Positions 1 through 13,830 of a DNA stretch of 64,000 bases are shown in pieces (position 1 is the stretch's first letter; every line of letters starts with the position of its first letter). The stretch covers positions 17,734,001-17,798,000 of the forward strand of contig CM097885.1 in NCBI GenBank assembly GCA_044892525.1. Reading direction: 5' to 3'. The translations under genes were made by a program, and so were the position numbers. The notes beneath the pieces were generated by a model, which worked only from the letters and a program-made list of their open reading frames with translations, was not told the origin of the DNA and ran no database searches. Origin of the DNA: Schmidtea polychroa. Its lineage: Eukaryota.

Positions 1-2
1 CT

Positions 3-386
3 TTAGGATTTGCATCTGCAATATTAACAGTTATTTTACCCATAACTTTACCAGTTGTTACTCTTGCACCTGTAATACTTGGAAGTATTTCTGTGGCTGA
101 TGGTTTCTTAACTGAAATAGTTTCATTATCTTATACTTCTAAAAAGAAAAGTTTATATAGAGAAGTTTGTTTATCAATAGAATTAGGAATCTCTAAATTA
201 TTTTTATTTCAATTAAAAGCTTTGGAAGATGGAATCCTGACAGACGAAGAAATAATGAAATCAAATCAAATAATACAAGATATAAAGAATGAGGTTATAA
301 GATTAAAAAGGGAGGGCATGGTGGCTAATGTTATAAGTAATAAAAAAACATCTCGAGAAAAATGGTTAAAGAATTCTTACTTATAA
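3..386 (+). CDS. 5'-partial membrane protein, probably encoded by the Polinton-like element
   Basis: Frame is open from the window edge: hydrophobic LGFASAILTVILPITLPVVTLAPVILGSISV followed by KALEDGILTDEE. Intronless and convergent with the PolB cassette. Confidence 0.5.
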   Translation, partial: LGFASAILTVILPITLPVVTLAPVILGSISVADGFLTEIVSLSYTSKKKSLYREVCLSIELGISKLFLFQLKALEDGILTDEEIMKSNQIIQDIKNEVIRLKREGMVANVISNKKTSREKWLKNSYL

Positions 387-480
387 AATGGGTGTATTTT
401 TAAAAAAGTAGATCAGGTTGCTATAGTTGCTTAAATTAATTGTCGACATTTTATTATTAAAAAATTAAATATCGTTGGTT

Positions 481-1035
481 TCAGTTATGGTTGAAAGCCA
501 ACCTATGAATCATTAATTTATGATCTTTAAATTCTTTATCACTTAGACCTTTTATATATTCAGGATCAGTATTAAAATATTTAAGTTCTAAACATATAGG
601 ATTAAAAACTTGAGAATATAAAGGTTTCTCGATTTCTCTCTCGGGATAAATAATTTCAACATTATAAATATCAAGATCAGTAATCTTTGTATCATATAAC
701 TTATTCAACTTTTCTAGATTTTTTATTATAGGGATTAAATTATTTCCAATAGGTAGAGTTGTCTTTAAATCACTTAGTATGAATCTCTTATCATCATAAT
801 TTGATAATGATACTTTTTGAGATTCTATCAAGTGAATATCATGGTTTTCACTTTTAAGTTGATGTATTTCATCAATTTTATCTTTATGATTTGGGTTTAA
901 TGTATCTATATAATCTTGATGAGAAAGATTCTTTGCAACCACTCTCTGTATTCCTTTACATCTGTTATCCTTTAAATTAGTAATATTTTTTATAATTTCA
1001 AAAATGTTATTTTCTTGATTTTTAGTTTCCATCAT
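481..1035 (-). CDS. Stand-alone paralog of the pPolB C-terminal region (thumb plus tail), 184 aa
   Basis: KGIQ..., NYDDKRFILSDLKTTLPIGN.LIPIIKNL and ELKYFNTDPEYI.GL are shared with the last ~165 aa of ORF 1060-5442. It has its own ATG and no internal stops. Confidence 0.75.
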   Translation of the reverse strand: MMETKNQENNIFEIIKNITNLKDNRCKGIQRVVAKNLSHQDYIDTLNPNHKDKIDEIHQLKSENHDIHLIESQKVSLSNYDDKRFILSDLKTTLPIGNNLIPIIKNLEKLNKLYDTKITDLDIYNVEIIYPEREIEKPLYSQVFNPICLELKYFNTDPEYIKGLSDKEFKDHKLMIHRLAFNHN

Positions 1036-1059
1036 TTTATAGTATTAAAATTCTAATTC

Positions 1060-4000
1060 TTAGACCAGTCGTAATTGATTTATAATTATTTCTGCAGTAA
1101 TGCTTTTTAACATTAATTTATGTGATTTAAAGTCTTCTGGTGTTAGTCCTTGGATATATTCAGGATCAGTATTAAAATATTTAAGTTCTATAGGTTTTAT
1201 ATTTTGAACTTGATTATATAAAGGTTTAGGAATTAATATTTCAGGATATTGGATTTCTACTTTAGCAAGTTGAAGGTCTGTAATCTCTAGGTTATAAATT
1301 TCATTTATTTTATCAAGATTTTTTATTATAGGGATTAAATCATTTCCAATAGGTAATGTTGTCTTCAAGTCAGAAAGTATAAATCTTTTATCATCATAAT
1401 TTGTTATAGCAATCTTGTTACACTCTTCAAGATATATATTATGTTTCTCTGATTTAAGATGATGGGTTTTAGCAATTTTATTTTTATAATTTATATTTAA
1501 TGAATCTTTATACTCTTGATGTGTGAAGGTTTTTGACACTGATTTTTGAATTCCTTTACTTTTATTTTCTTTATAGCTTTTCGGGTTTTCAGGGAATGAA
1601 GGATATTCAAATGTTCGATCTACTTCAACAGATCCTTCTATTATAAATTTTATTGTATGCTCTTTCATAATTGGTTTGTCTTTCATTTCAAGAGAATATT
1701 GTTTAGGTCTAATAAACACTCCTCCAGTTATTGGAGTATTTGGTTTTTCATCTTTAAAAGTAAACAACTCTCCAGAATTGTTTATTAATTTATTTAAGGT
1801 TGGATCTTCACGTATTTCTTTTTTTAAATCTTTGCTATATCCTTTTAAAAACATACTATCAGTGTCCATTGCATGCATGGATATTCGATCTCCAAAATGT
1901 GGTACTAGAACATCATAGTAGGCTTCATACATTTGAAGCTTTGAAAGTTCTAAAATTGAAAACCCTATAAAGATTGGTTTATTATAAGTTTTTACAGAGT
2001 TTTTAATCTCTATGGCTATAAGGTTACTAGAGAATATCTCGGCATTTTTAAATGTGGGCTTTCCAATTATCCGGTTGTACCTATTAAGGTCTTTGGATGT
2101 ATTGGTCAAAAGCTCTACACGTGTGTACTTGTCTATATTCTCCATGGTCTTTCCAAAGACCGCATTGTTCAGGAGTTTGTAAATCATATCAAGAAATGCA
2201 TTTCCAGCTCTCTTTGCTGCATTTCTTTTCAAAATATTTCCCTCTATGAATTTTTTCATAAAAGGGGCTTGTCGAAATTTAATAATGGAATGTACTTTTT
2301 TTAAAACCATTCCATGGGAGAGATAAAACTGAAGGAGTCTATAATGACAAAGGTAATCAGTTTTATCGGTCTGATCGCATAAAAGTTTTATACAGGGCGA
2401 TCTATCCTGAGCCATCTGCCAGTCTGAAAGTTCTTCAGTCGAGATCTTTCTTCTTACTGGAGCAAATGGAAAGAATCTTGTCCTGGATTTTATTTCATTG
2501 GGATATTCAAGATCGCATTCTATGACATATCCATATTGTGAATTCTTTGGTGTTTTTAGAATTTCTTGTATTAATTCCTCAGTGGGCTCTTCCCAGGTGA
2601 ACTTGCCAATTGGAAGGTATTGAGTCATTACTCCTGCATATAAAGCTGTTGCATCTATATACATTATTTCAGAAGGATTAGAAAGACCTTCCAGTATTTC
2701 CTCACGATCTTCTGGGTTTGTTATTTCTACATATAGAGCATCATTATCTTTGAAAAATTTAGGATAAAGAGTTGTAAAATTATTAGCAATTATTTCTCTA
2801 TTCCCTTGTACTGAAGAAATACCTCCTCTAATATTATGTTTATATACATTAAACATATCAAGGTCAACTAATAATTCAATGGTTTTATTTCTTTCTGCTA
2901 TGTCTTCATCGGTCCATATGCTATATAATAATATATCCCAAGCTAGAGAGGGAGCGGTTATATAATTATAAGGTTTTAATTCAAAAGCTTTTGAAAATGT
3001 CTCGAAGCAATCAGCTAAGATATAAACATCTAAGGAAAGATACATGTCAGTATATTCTCCAAGGTTTCTACAGTTGAAAAGATTCCACATTTTAAGTGCA
3101 CGGGAATATTCCTGATCAGAAATCCCTGATTGTGTTAAAACAGAAAAGAAATCTTCTTGGGGTGGGAGTAATTCATTATATTTTTCAAAGGAGTCTATAT
3201 AATCATATGGATAGATTCCTTTTGCTAGACAGGTATTATATTCCTCTAATGGAATATTGTTTTTTAATAACACATGTTCTTTTGTATATTTAAAATCCTC
3301 AGGGTTCATAGTTTTAGCAATCCCATCCAAAGACATCCCTAAGAAATTTAACGAGTCCAAAAACTTAAAGCATCCATATTGAATGCTTTTATATTTTTCT
3401 TTTGTAAGTCCAATAACCTTGAAAGAGTTTTTAGCATTTGCAGCTAGATGTTTAATGAACAGGTGAATATCATAGCCAAAAAGATTGTGAAATATAAATG
3501 GTATGTGTGTTGGTTTTTTACAATTGAGATTACAATTTTTATGGGCCGCTCCTCTGTAATTATTTTCTATTTTAAAATGATCATGGTCAGGAACCTTTAG
3601 TTCACTAGTTGACTCCTCATCCTCAAACTCTTGTTTGCACATCCAGCAGTGTGTTGCATTTTTATATTCTTCCTCTTGTTCTTCTGAAAAATTCATAGGA
3701 AAGTTGGATTTTAATATTATATATAATTCATGTTCTAGATTATTTAAAGTTTCAACAAAATGGTCTAGAGTCTCTTTGTCAGAAGTTCCCCTAAATGAAT
3801 ATTCTCTAGATTCTACAAGTTCTGGATAATTACTTTTGAAAAACATTTTATAAGCAGAGGGTAATTGTTTTGTTAGTTTTACAGTATTAGTTTTTGTTCG
3901 TCTTAGTTTTACATTTATAGCTTCAAAATCACAATAAACCACTCCCAATGCTTCTAATAGATTGGAATAGTTTTTAAACCTCATATTAGCATTTTTCTTG

Positions 4001-5442
4001 TGTGGCATTTTTATTAAAGCAGGTTGATTCTTACAACAGAGTCTCTCATGTTTAATAGCAGCAAGTTTTGAACTTGAATGATATAAACATCTTTTACAAC
4101 ATATGCCTCCACGAATGAGTGTGTTTCCTTTCATAAAACTTTGAAAATTCTTTATTAAGATATAATGAAGTTTTTTATCTAACATAGTGCCTCCGGACGC
4201 AGTGCTTTCTGCTTCTGGTTCTAATGAAATGCCTTCTTCTGCTTCTCTTTTCGGGTGAACGCTTTGAACCTCTTCACCATATTCTTCTCCATCAAAGTCT
4301 TCATCTGGTTTACCTTCTTCTAATATTAAAAGATCTACTTCTCTCTTTTCATCTGAGATTTCCATATTAGAAATGTAAATAGGAATAATGTGTTTATAAT
4401 TTTTATTTTTTCTAGTTTTTGTAATTTTGGTTGGAATGAATTGATAAATATTAATTTTAAGATTATTTAATTTTTCAAATGCTGGAACATCTTCAATTTT
4501 CATTGGGTGGGAAAAATCTTTTGGATATATTAATTCAGATTCATATTCTTCATATTTTTGAACTCTCTGTGGGTTAGTTGCTTGAGGATGTAAGTGTGCA
4601 AGTATTGACCATTGAAAACATTTATTATCTTTATTCTGTACATTTATAACATGGTTGGAGGTGAATGGTGTATGAATAAAAGATTTAGGATTTGGTGGTG
4701 CACCTCTCCAGTATTCAATCTCTATGTTTTGAAAAGAGTGGAATCTTAAATTAGATTCTCCTAGTTCTTGTTCCACCTGTTCTTGTTTTTCTTCCAATTC
4801 TTTAGCTATATCATTAACAAGTTTATTTCCTGCTTTTGTAGAAAATAAATATTTATATGAGGTTTCAATTTTTACATCTAGAGGCATTGCGATCGAATCA
4901 TCTCCTCTCCAGTATTTTGCATTTCCTGTAAATTTAACTTTTATAACATTAAATCTTGATCTACCAAATTTTTTTATAGCATCATCCATTGATGATATTA
5001 TTTTTTTTTTATTTTCTCTTATATATTGCATGATTGATCTGGGTCCTCGTTTTACTTCTGCAATTACATCGGTGTGATTGAAGTCATCCCAATTAAACTC
5101 CAGTTTTTCAGCTTTTTCAGTCATTGAGTTTGAATCAGAATCTTTTGCTTCAAGACCACAATCTTCTATGTGTCTTAAGTAAAAAGATTTTATCCTCATC
5201 TTTTTTCCACATGCTGAACATTCGAATATTTCTCTGTTTTTAGGAACTCCAATACAATTTTTAAAATGTTTCTTATAACCTGAAAATAAATATCTATCCT
5301 TACATTTAGTACAGATTTTGGAATTAGTGTCATCTAGTGTGTTAGCTTTTATTAAATGGTCTTTTGATTTTTTATGAGATGTTAAAGCAGTTTTATTTTT
5401 AAAATTTTTTTCACAAATTTCACAATTGAAAATAGCTTCCAT
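1060..5442 (-). CDS. polB: Protein-primed family B DNA polymerase of Polinton/Maverick (adintovirus) type, 1460 aa
   Basis: N-terminal C2H2-type fingers; DNKCF...HY region; ExoI YCDFE; endonuclease VII-like insert DHDH...YRGAAHKNCNL; ExoII FHNLFGYD; KGIYPYDY; ExoIII YLSLDV; motif A YIDATALY; motif B YKLLNNAVFGKTMEN; motif C DTDS; PKQY; KGI; DDKR. Intronless. Confidence 0.95.
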   Translation of the reverse strand: MEAIFNCEICEKNFKNKTALTSHKKSKDHLIKANTLDDTNSKICTKCKDRYLFSGYKKHFKNCIGVPKNREIFECSACGKKMRIKSFYLRHIEDCGLEAKDSDSNSMTEKAEKLEFNWDDFNHTDVIAEVKRGPRSIMQYIRENKKKIISSMDDAIKKFGRSRFNVIKVKFTGNAKYWRGDDSIAMPLDVKIETSYKYLFSTKAGNKLVNDIAKELEEKQEQVEQELGESNLRFHSFQNIEIEYWRGAPPNPKSFIHTPFTSNHVINVQNKDNKCFQWSILAHLHPQATNPQRVQKYEEYESELIYPKDFSHPMKIEDVPAFEKLNNLKINIYQFIPTKITKTRKNKNYKHIIPIYISNMEISDEKREVDLLILEEGKPDEDFDGEEYGEEVQSVHPKREAEEGISLEPEAESTASGGTMLDKKLHYILIKNFQSFMKGNTLIRGGICCKRCLYHSSSKLAAIKHERLCCKNQPALIKMPHKKNANMRFKNYSNLLEALGVVYCDFEAINVKLRRTKTNTVKLTKQLPSAYKMFFKSNYPELVESREYSFRGTSDKETLDHFVETLNNLEHELYIILKSNFPMNFSEEQEEEYKNATHCWMCKQEFEDEESTSELKVPDHDHFKIENNYRGAAHKNCNLNCKKPTHIPFIFHNLFGYDIHLFIKHLAANAKNSFKVIGLTKEKYKSIQYGCFKFLDSLNFLGMSLDGIAKTMNPEDFKYTKEHVLLKNNIPLEEYNTCLAKGIYPYDYIDSFEKYNELLPPQEDFFSVLTQSGISDQEYSRALKMWNLFNCRNLGEYTDMYLSLDVYILADCFETFSKAFELKPYNYITAPSLAWDILLYSIWTDEDIAERNKTIELLVDLDMFNVYKHNIRGGISSVQGNREIIANNFTTLYPKFFKDNDALYVEITNPEDREEILEGLSNPSEIMYIDATALYAGVMTQYLPIGKFTWEEPTEELIQEILKTPKNSQYGYVIECDLEYPNEIKSRTRFFPFAPVRRKISTEELSDWQMAQDRSPCIKLLCDQTDKTDYLCHYRLLQFYLSHGMVLKKVHSIIKFRQAPFMKKFIEGNILKRNAAKRAGNAFLDMIYKLLNNAVFGKTMENIDKYTRVELLTNTSKDLNRYNRIIGKPTFKNAEIFSSNLIAIEIKNSVKTYNKPIFIGFSILELSKLQMYEAYYDVLVPHFGDRISMHAMDTDSMFLKGYSKDLKKEIREDPTLNKLINNSGELFTFKDEKPNTPITGGVFIRPKQYSLEMKDKPIMKEHTIKFIIEGSVEVDRTFEYPSFPENPKSYKENKSKGIQKSVSKTFTHQEYKDSLNINYKNKIAKTHHLKSEKHNIYLEECNKIAITNYDDKRFILSDLKTTLPIGNDLIPIIKNLDKINEIYNLEITDLQLAKVEIQYPEILIPKPLYNQVQNIKPIELKYFNTDPEYIQGLTPEDFKSHKLMLKSITAEIIINQLRLV

Positions 5443-5602
5443 TTTTAAAAGAATTTTTTGGTTGGATACGATGTTTTGGTTTTGATATTAATTTTTATTT
5501 TTTTTAAATCTAAAAGTGATCAGGCGACCTAGATCATTATGAATTAGGTAATCTGATATTCTTATAACATTAAATCCTTATAACATTAAATCCTTAAGAC
5601 CA

Positions 5603-5847
5603 AGTAGTGAGGAATCTATGCACCCCGTTACCTTTTCTCGGAATTACTAATCTATAAATACATCTATTCCGAACTTTTTTACTTTTAAGGGAAGAAATTA
5701 AGGGTTAATGGCAATAGGGGACAAAGTTTAAAAGTTAAAAAAAGTGAAGAATATGGGGTAAAAAAGCATATAAATGTGGAAAATATGGGTCAATAGCGCT
5801 GTTTTTTTTAGGGTGGGGGTGCTGGGGTGCATAGATTCCTCACTACT
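5603..5847. mobile_element. 245-bp mini-element with perfect 24-bp TIRs beginning AGTAGT
   Basis: agtagtgaggaatctatgcacccc (5603-5626) is the exact reverse complement of 5824-5847. No target-site duplication is visible. Confidence 0.75.
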
Positions 5848-5883
5848 ATTATTTATTCAATATAAGTTTCATTGGTTTCATTA

Positions 5884-6331
5884 ATGTTGACAAATATTAA
5901 TTACCGAGGACGAGTCCATTTGAAAATTATACGAAATATGAGATATCCATCAGGTAAACCTCAACAAAATTTAGATAGAAATGATAATTATACAATAATA
6001 TTTTTCAAGACAGGGAAATGTCGAATAATGGGTTGTAAGAAACCACTAGAAAGCATACATTATAATATTAAAGATGTTCAACTTCAATCATGTACAATCA
6101 CTAATGATATCTACCAAAAAATTAATTTGCTATATTTATCAAAGAAAACAAAATTTATATATGAATAAAAAATATTCACTGGGTTAAGAATTGAGTCTTA
6201 TAAACCTTTGTGTAAATTTATTTTCCAACGGGAAAATAGTTATACTTGGAATAAAAACTCTAAATTATGATTCGATTGTCAACAAAATTATACAAGATGT
6301 AAAATATTTGATTGGTTTACCAAAATTATAG
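5884..6331 (+). pseudogene. Divergent intronless TATA-binding-protein-like pseudogene
   Basis: Two TBP-repeat motifs: TIIFFKTGKCRIMGCK, then FIYE*KIFTGLR and, after a frameshift, VNLFSNGKIVILGIK. Broken by a stop at 6166-6168 and one frameshift. Confidence 0.7.
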
Positions 6332-6964
6332 ATATTGATAACGTTAACAATAAATTTAATTTACAATAATAACTCAACTTTCGGAAATTGGTAACATTTC
6401 AAATTTTATCATTTATTTTATTTTGTCTTAGAGTATAAGGTTGAGCTTCTTATTAATAAAGTGGTTGAGATTTATCCGGAAATGAAAGATGATATTATGA
6501 ATGATATTATGATATTATTTGTGCACCGGAAATTGCATCAAACAAAATATTTCAAGCAACTGGAAGCAATATAGAACGTATCATTTTTCATCATAAATTT
6601 ATGTTGTATGGCTATGAAAAATAAACGAAAATACTCAAAACTTTATCCTGTTATAGAAACTATGAAAAACATTACAATTAATAAGTCCGAAAATTTATTT
6701 TAATTATAAAATTGCGATGTTGATATCTGAATCCCATCTGAAGGTGATAATGATTTGGTTGCGATACCCGTGTTGGATGAAAATTTTCTTCTGAATAGTT
6801 AAAACAAATGTTATTGGCGAGCTTCATCTCTTCTTATATTCTCGTTTCTCTTTATTGAAAACGTAAGTATTTTTCTATTCTGATTATTTAATCAAGTCCT
6901 TTGTTTTCTATATCTTTTAGTACATTATAATATAATATATCTATATAAATAAATATGCAAATAT

Positions 6965-7174
6965 CTCAATACTCAATCATCTAATCTCAATGGTAAACAT
7001 TGATTTGCAATTTACGTGAAACCAGACAAAATATACGTATTTGATCCTTTGAGAATCTTTTATCCGCCTTTATTAATTAACAAACTACAATCAATGTTAA
7101 TGCCAAATAAGTACAGCCGAATTGGATATCAAAATCTAATGACAAAAACATGTGGACAACACTGTTTAGCTTAA
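6965..7174 (+). pseudogene. Adenain-type (adenovirus/Polinton) cysteine protease remnant
   Basis: Manual translation LNTQSSNLNGKH*FAIY...YVFDPL...YQNLMTKTCGQHCLA* keeps the H(W), FD and Q...CG catalytic pattern. The expected Trp position is a TGA stop. Confidence 0.75.
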
Positions 7175-8119
7175 TCAATTTCTTCAGTAGATAGTGATTA
7201 AGAACTTAAGAAAAGAGATGACGGGCAGTCATTCCAATGTATGTGGTCTTACATCCATGATATAAATATTCATCATCAAGATCCGAACAAAATCTATGTA
7301 AGATATACTTAAATCCACTAACAAAGATGAAGTTAAAAAACATGAATTAGAAACGACCTTACAACATTGAATACGCAACTTCTTGTTCAAAATCTTTACG
7401 CAAACTGTCTAGATGTTTGAAAGAAATTGCATATATAAGAATATTAAAACAATGCTGAGGAAGGGGGCTGTGTTATGTATTACTTTTACGACATGGAATA
7501 TGGAATGATGGATTAGTATATAAGCTCAAAAAATGTTTGCGTGTGAAATTGATCTCGTCTAATGGTGAGTCATTGTAAAGATCGCTAAGTGCATTACGCA
7601 TGAAAGTGTTGGATCCAAACAAAAGTTGTGAAAGAGACAAGCCGCTTGAACGATTGGATCATCTTAGTAAAATTAACGTAATTATTTTAAGCAATGAAGT
7701 TGACGTGGAGAGTATTCTGAGGGATGCTCTCAAAGTCACTACAAATATTAGAATAATTTAATAATTTACAATAAATAACAAAATTTAATAATTACTGCTA
7801 GTTAATAAATTACAATAATTGAAATTTTTAATAAAAATTGTGATTCATAATAATATTGTAAAATAATTTAAACCTAAAGATTTATAATAATATATAATTA
7901 AAAATAACATTTGATATTAAATAATTAATAATAATAATTAAAATTAATTAAAAAATATTAATTAAAATTATTTATTTAGATTGAGGAAAGTTCAACAAAT
8001 TTCCATTTCAAAGTTGGTGTAGATTCTTTCTAAAAACAAAAGCACTTGGCGAAATATTTATTATTATTAAAAGATAATAATTTTTATTTTTTAACAAATT
8101 TCATGGCAACCAAATGCTG

Positions 8120-8562
8120 TCAAGATTTATCCATTGTTACTCGGAAGTGACCTCCGCATAATCCAAAAATATCACATATGGGACCATAGATACAGTCCAC
8201 GTAAGCTTTAATTATCTTCTTGCATAACGCACAATGCATTATATAGAGGTTGAGCCAAGGCGTTATACACCAAATATAATAAAAGGCAACGCATCCGTAA
8301 CAACATCCCCAATAAAGTGCAATGCATAACCCAATGAGACCACTGAGAAACCTATAGCAGCAATTCCGCCCGCATTGAAAACATTTGAATGAACATTTCC
8401 ACAAACAATCGCATGATTTCAACCCGCCAGGTTCAGCGAAATTATCCTCCCATTCTGTCTAGAATGAATCAACGATGATCAAAAAGAATAAAATTATTTG
8501 CATACCGAAATATATGAATTAATATTTTTTGGATCTCGATTTTCTAAATCTACGTCATTCAT
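8120..8562 (-). CDS. Caveolin, 2 exons: complement(join(8120..8458,8506..8562)), 131 aa
   Basis: Spliced translation MNDVDLENRDPKNINSYIS|TEWEDNFAEPGGLKSCDCLWKCSFKCF... contains the caveolin RDP..IN and (F)ED..AEP signatures, then a hydrophobic hairpin. The 47-nt GT-AG intron (8459-8505) keeps the frame. Confidence 0.9.
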
Positions 8563-8660
8563 TTATAAAGTTTTATTTTGCATCACTGATGGATTGCTGT
8601 GGTTTTTATAGAGTCGGCGTTGGCCGTGATGCGCACCATTAGACTTTGCAGAGATTCCAA

Positions 8661-8674
8661 GTTACCATGACAAC
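8661..8674. promoter_or_regulatory. RFX X-box-like motif ~100 bp upstream of the caveolin ATG
   Basis: GTTACCATGACAAC matches the X-box pattern. A second copy at 9257-9270 lies in a ~140-bp local duplication. Confidence 0.5.
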
Positions 8675-10462
8675 GGTAACTATTTAGATAATTTTCTAAT
8701 AAAACAAAATGCAGTGCTTAGTGAAGAGCCCAATTGCTTATCAATATATTATTGATACATTCATTAATTGCACTTTTATAAAATCTTTCAGATGCTTACC
8801 CGTTAGCTTTACGCATTATGACTCTTTCAAGTAAAATTAATTTTCATTATTTGCTTTATCGTTCAGTATGAATCTTTAATGAATCACATGTGATACATAA
8901 GGATATGCTAGGATTAAGAATTTGGGAGAGAATTTTATCAAACACGGTTCATTAATGAAAAATTATAAATTAGGACGGTGATTTGTAATTTTGTAACTAA
9001 AGGGCAGCGGGCTACAAATATTACGCTGTAAATTGGCATAAAACATGTGGCACACACAGGACAGGCTTTACAATGACATGGTTTCATAAGGGTTAAACCG
9101 ATTTTTGTTGATTAAATCGGTTTTAAAAACAGGCCGCCGCTGTATCGATGGAGGTCAGATATACATACATATTCTGGATAGTTTAATTAAATCAAATTTA
9201 AAAAATGGCCACCCTGAATCAAATACATACTGATGGTTTTTAATGTACGATTCCAAGTTACCATGACAACGGTAACTATTTAGATCATTTTCTAATACAA
9301 CAAAATGCAATGCTTAGTGAAGAGCTTAATTGCTTATCAATATATTAATTGCACCTTTATAAAACCTTTCAGATGCATTTATATTTATTAATTGCACTAT
9401 TTTTACGCATTATGACTAATACGCATTATCCAATAGAAAATATTGAAGGATACTTTTTAATCGAAAAAAATATTAAAGATTGGTGACGTCAGATAAAAAC
9501 CCAACTGCAATGAAAATGATGCAAAAAAGAAAACAAAATCGGCATCTACAAACTTTCAGAGATAAAGTGGGAAATAGAAAAAAAGTATGGAAAATGTCAG
9601 ATCCAGAAATGGAAAAAATGACAAATTATTCTGAGTGCCAAACTGTCAGTGTTAACGCAGGAGCTGTACAAATTATGGAGAGACAGGAATGAAAAAGTGT
9701 CGGACAAGTGCAGTCTATAAAAGCAAAACTCCTCTGAATGAATCAAGTAGATAGATGTGAGTCCCATGAATCAGTATAAGTTATCGCGCATATATACCCC
9801 CCATTTTGATTGATGATTTATTGCGCGTTTGATCAATGAGTTATCGCGCGAATAATTTTTTTAAGTGTATATTGATTAAAAAGTGCCATTATTGATGTTT
9901 AAGTGATAAAAGTGAAAAGTGGAAATTATGACTAAAAAGTGCTATTTCTGAATATAGTCAGAGGTGCTTTTCTTAGATTTTAAGATTTCACCCCGACATG
10001 GTCCATGAAAAAGATTTGTTATTTGTCGACACAGATTATTTTATATGAAAATCAACGAAAAGATTTCTTTTCGGTATAAATTTCGCGTTTTTAAGGAATA
10101 ATTTTTGGAACATTTCGAGACATCCTTAACATAAAAGTTGCGCCTTGATTCATCTAGTAGGATTCTTTAATAAATATCTCGAAAATTCTCTTGGTTCTCC
10201 CAGGAATTAAGATTAAGTAAAAACAATCGATAAATCTCAAATTCGGGTATGTCCGACGGACTTTGAAATATTTTCAACGCTTCTATTTATGAAAGTGCAT
10301 CGTAAAATTTACATGTTTTCATGGGACTTTCAATTTCTATAGTAGTTTTGAATGGAGATATCCAATCTTTGTTCAAATGTATATTGTTATTGCGGCAACT
10401 ATGAATATTTGTTTAAATAAACTCATTTGATTAATATATAGAGCCAATATGAATAGAGATGT

Positions 10463-12552
<2,090 letters not shown>

Positions 12553-12559
12553 TTAATTC

Positions 12560-13830
12560 AACAATCAGATACCAACAACTACCCGGTATTTACAACTAGA
12601 AACCAAGTACTTACAACCAGCTACCAAGTACCATGTACTAACAACCAAGTAAAAACAACCTTGTACTAACAACCTACACATAAAATAATAACAATTAAAG
12701 ACTTAATACAATTTTTCATCAAGTATTTGCTTATAATAAGCTCTTCTTAATTCAGCAAGTAGCTTATTTCTTATATTCTTGTTAAAATCTAAAAAGTCAA
12801 CCAGATACTTACAACAATGTACTTCTAACAAACAGTTAATCACTAGATACCTAACAACTAGGTACTATCTATGTATTATCTACAATCTGATACCAACTTC
12901 CAGCTAATAAATATTTTTTGCCAGGCGTTAACAAATAAGTACTAAATACTTACAAATAGGTAATATATACTAACCGATTAGGTACCAAATACCAAGTACT
13001 AACTACTTACAAACAACTAAATATTTTATCAAATACTTTTTAAATTAATTTTTAATTTGTGTTCAAAAATATTTTTAATTACAATCAGTAGAAAACCTTT
13101 TCTAAGTGTCTAAATTTAACAAAAATGATGATTTTCATCAAAAATAAATAATTGTCAACTCAACACCACGTGGAATTGAAAATAATTTAAATTACAATGA
13201 AAGACTATAGAATTCTAATTCACAAAACATTCTTCTTTTAATTGATTACTACTGACTAATTATTGCAAAGAAAAAATTGCATTCAATAAATACTTATTGT
13301 TGATTCGTTTTATTATATAAAGTCTGAGTTTATCCGACAGGATGTTTTGACCCCCCTAAGGGTACTGGTCATAAGGGTACTGGTCGTAAGGGTACTAGTC
13401 ATAATGGTCACACTCAACCCCCACCTACCCATTAACTAGATGCTAACAACCACCATCAAAACCCATCGAGAAATTAACAAATATCAACCTACAACTATAT
13501 AACAACAATCAAGTTCCAACTACCAAGTACAAGATACCAACAACTTAGTATCATCAACCAGTAACTTACGAACACGTATTTACAACTAGATACCAAGTAC
13601 TTACAACAAAATATCAAGCACTATCAGTCAGGTATTTACAATTAGAAACCAAGTACCAACAATCAACTAGCAACACATAAAAATAATATCAAATAAATAC
13701 AAAATATTCTTCATCACATACACTATCTTCTTGTCAACATCTACAACTAAACTCTGTCAACCAGATTCCAAGTACTAACAACCAAGTATTGATTAACAAA
13801 TACCCACAACTACGTACTGACAAATAGATC
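12560..13830. repeat. Degenerate caactagataccaagtac-type satellite blocks
   Basis: Recurrent accaagtac/acaactag units at ~12560-13010 and ~13480-13830. Confidence 0.55.

Noticed and set aside
9480..9860. Cys-rich remnant and repeated agttatcgcgc, possibly a DNA transposon 3' end
   Set aside because: Too degraded to assign; no partner terminus found.
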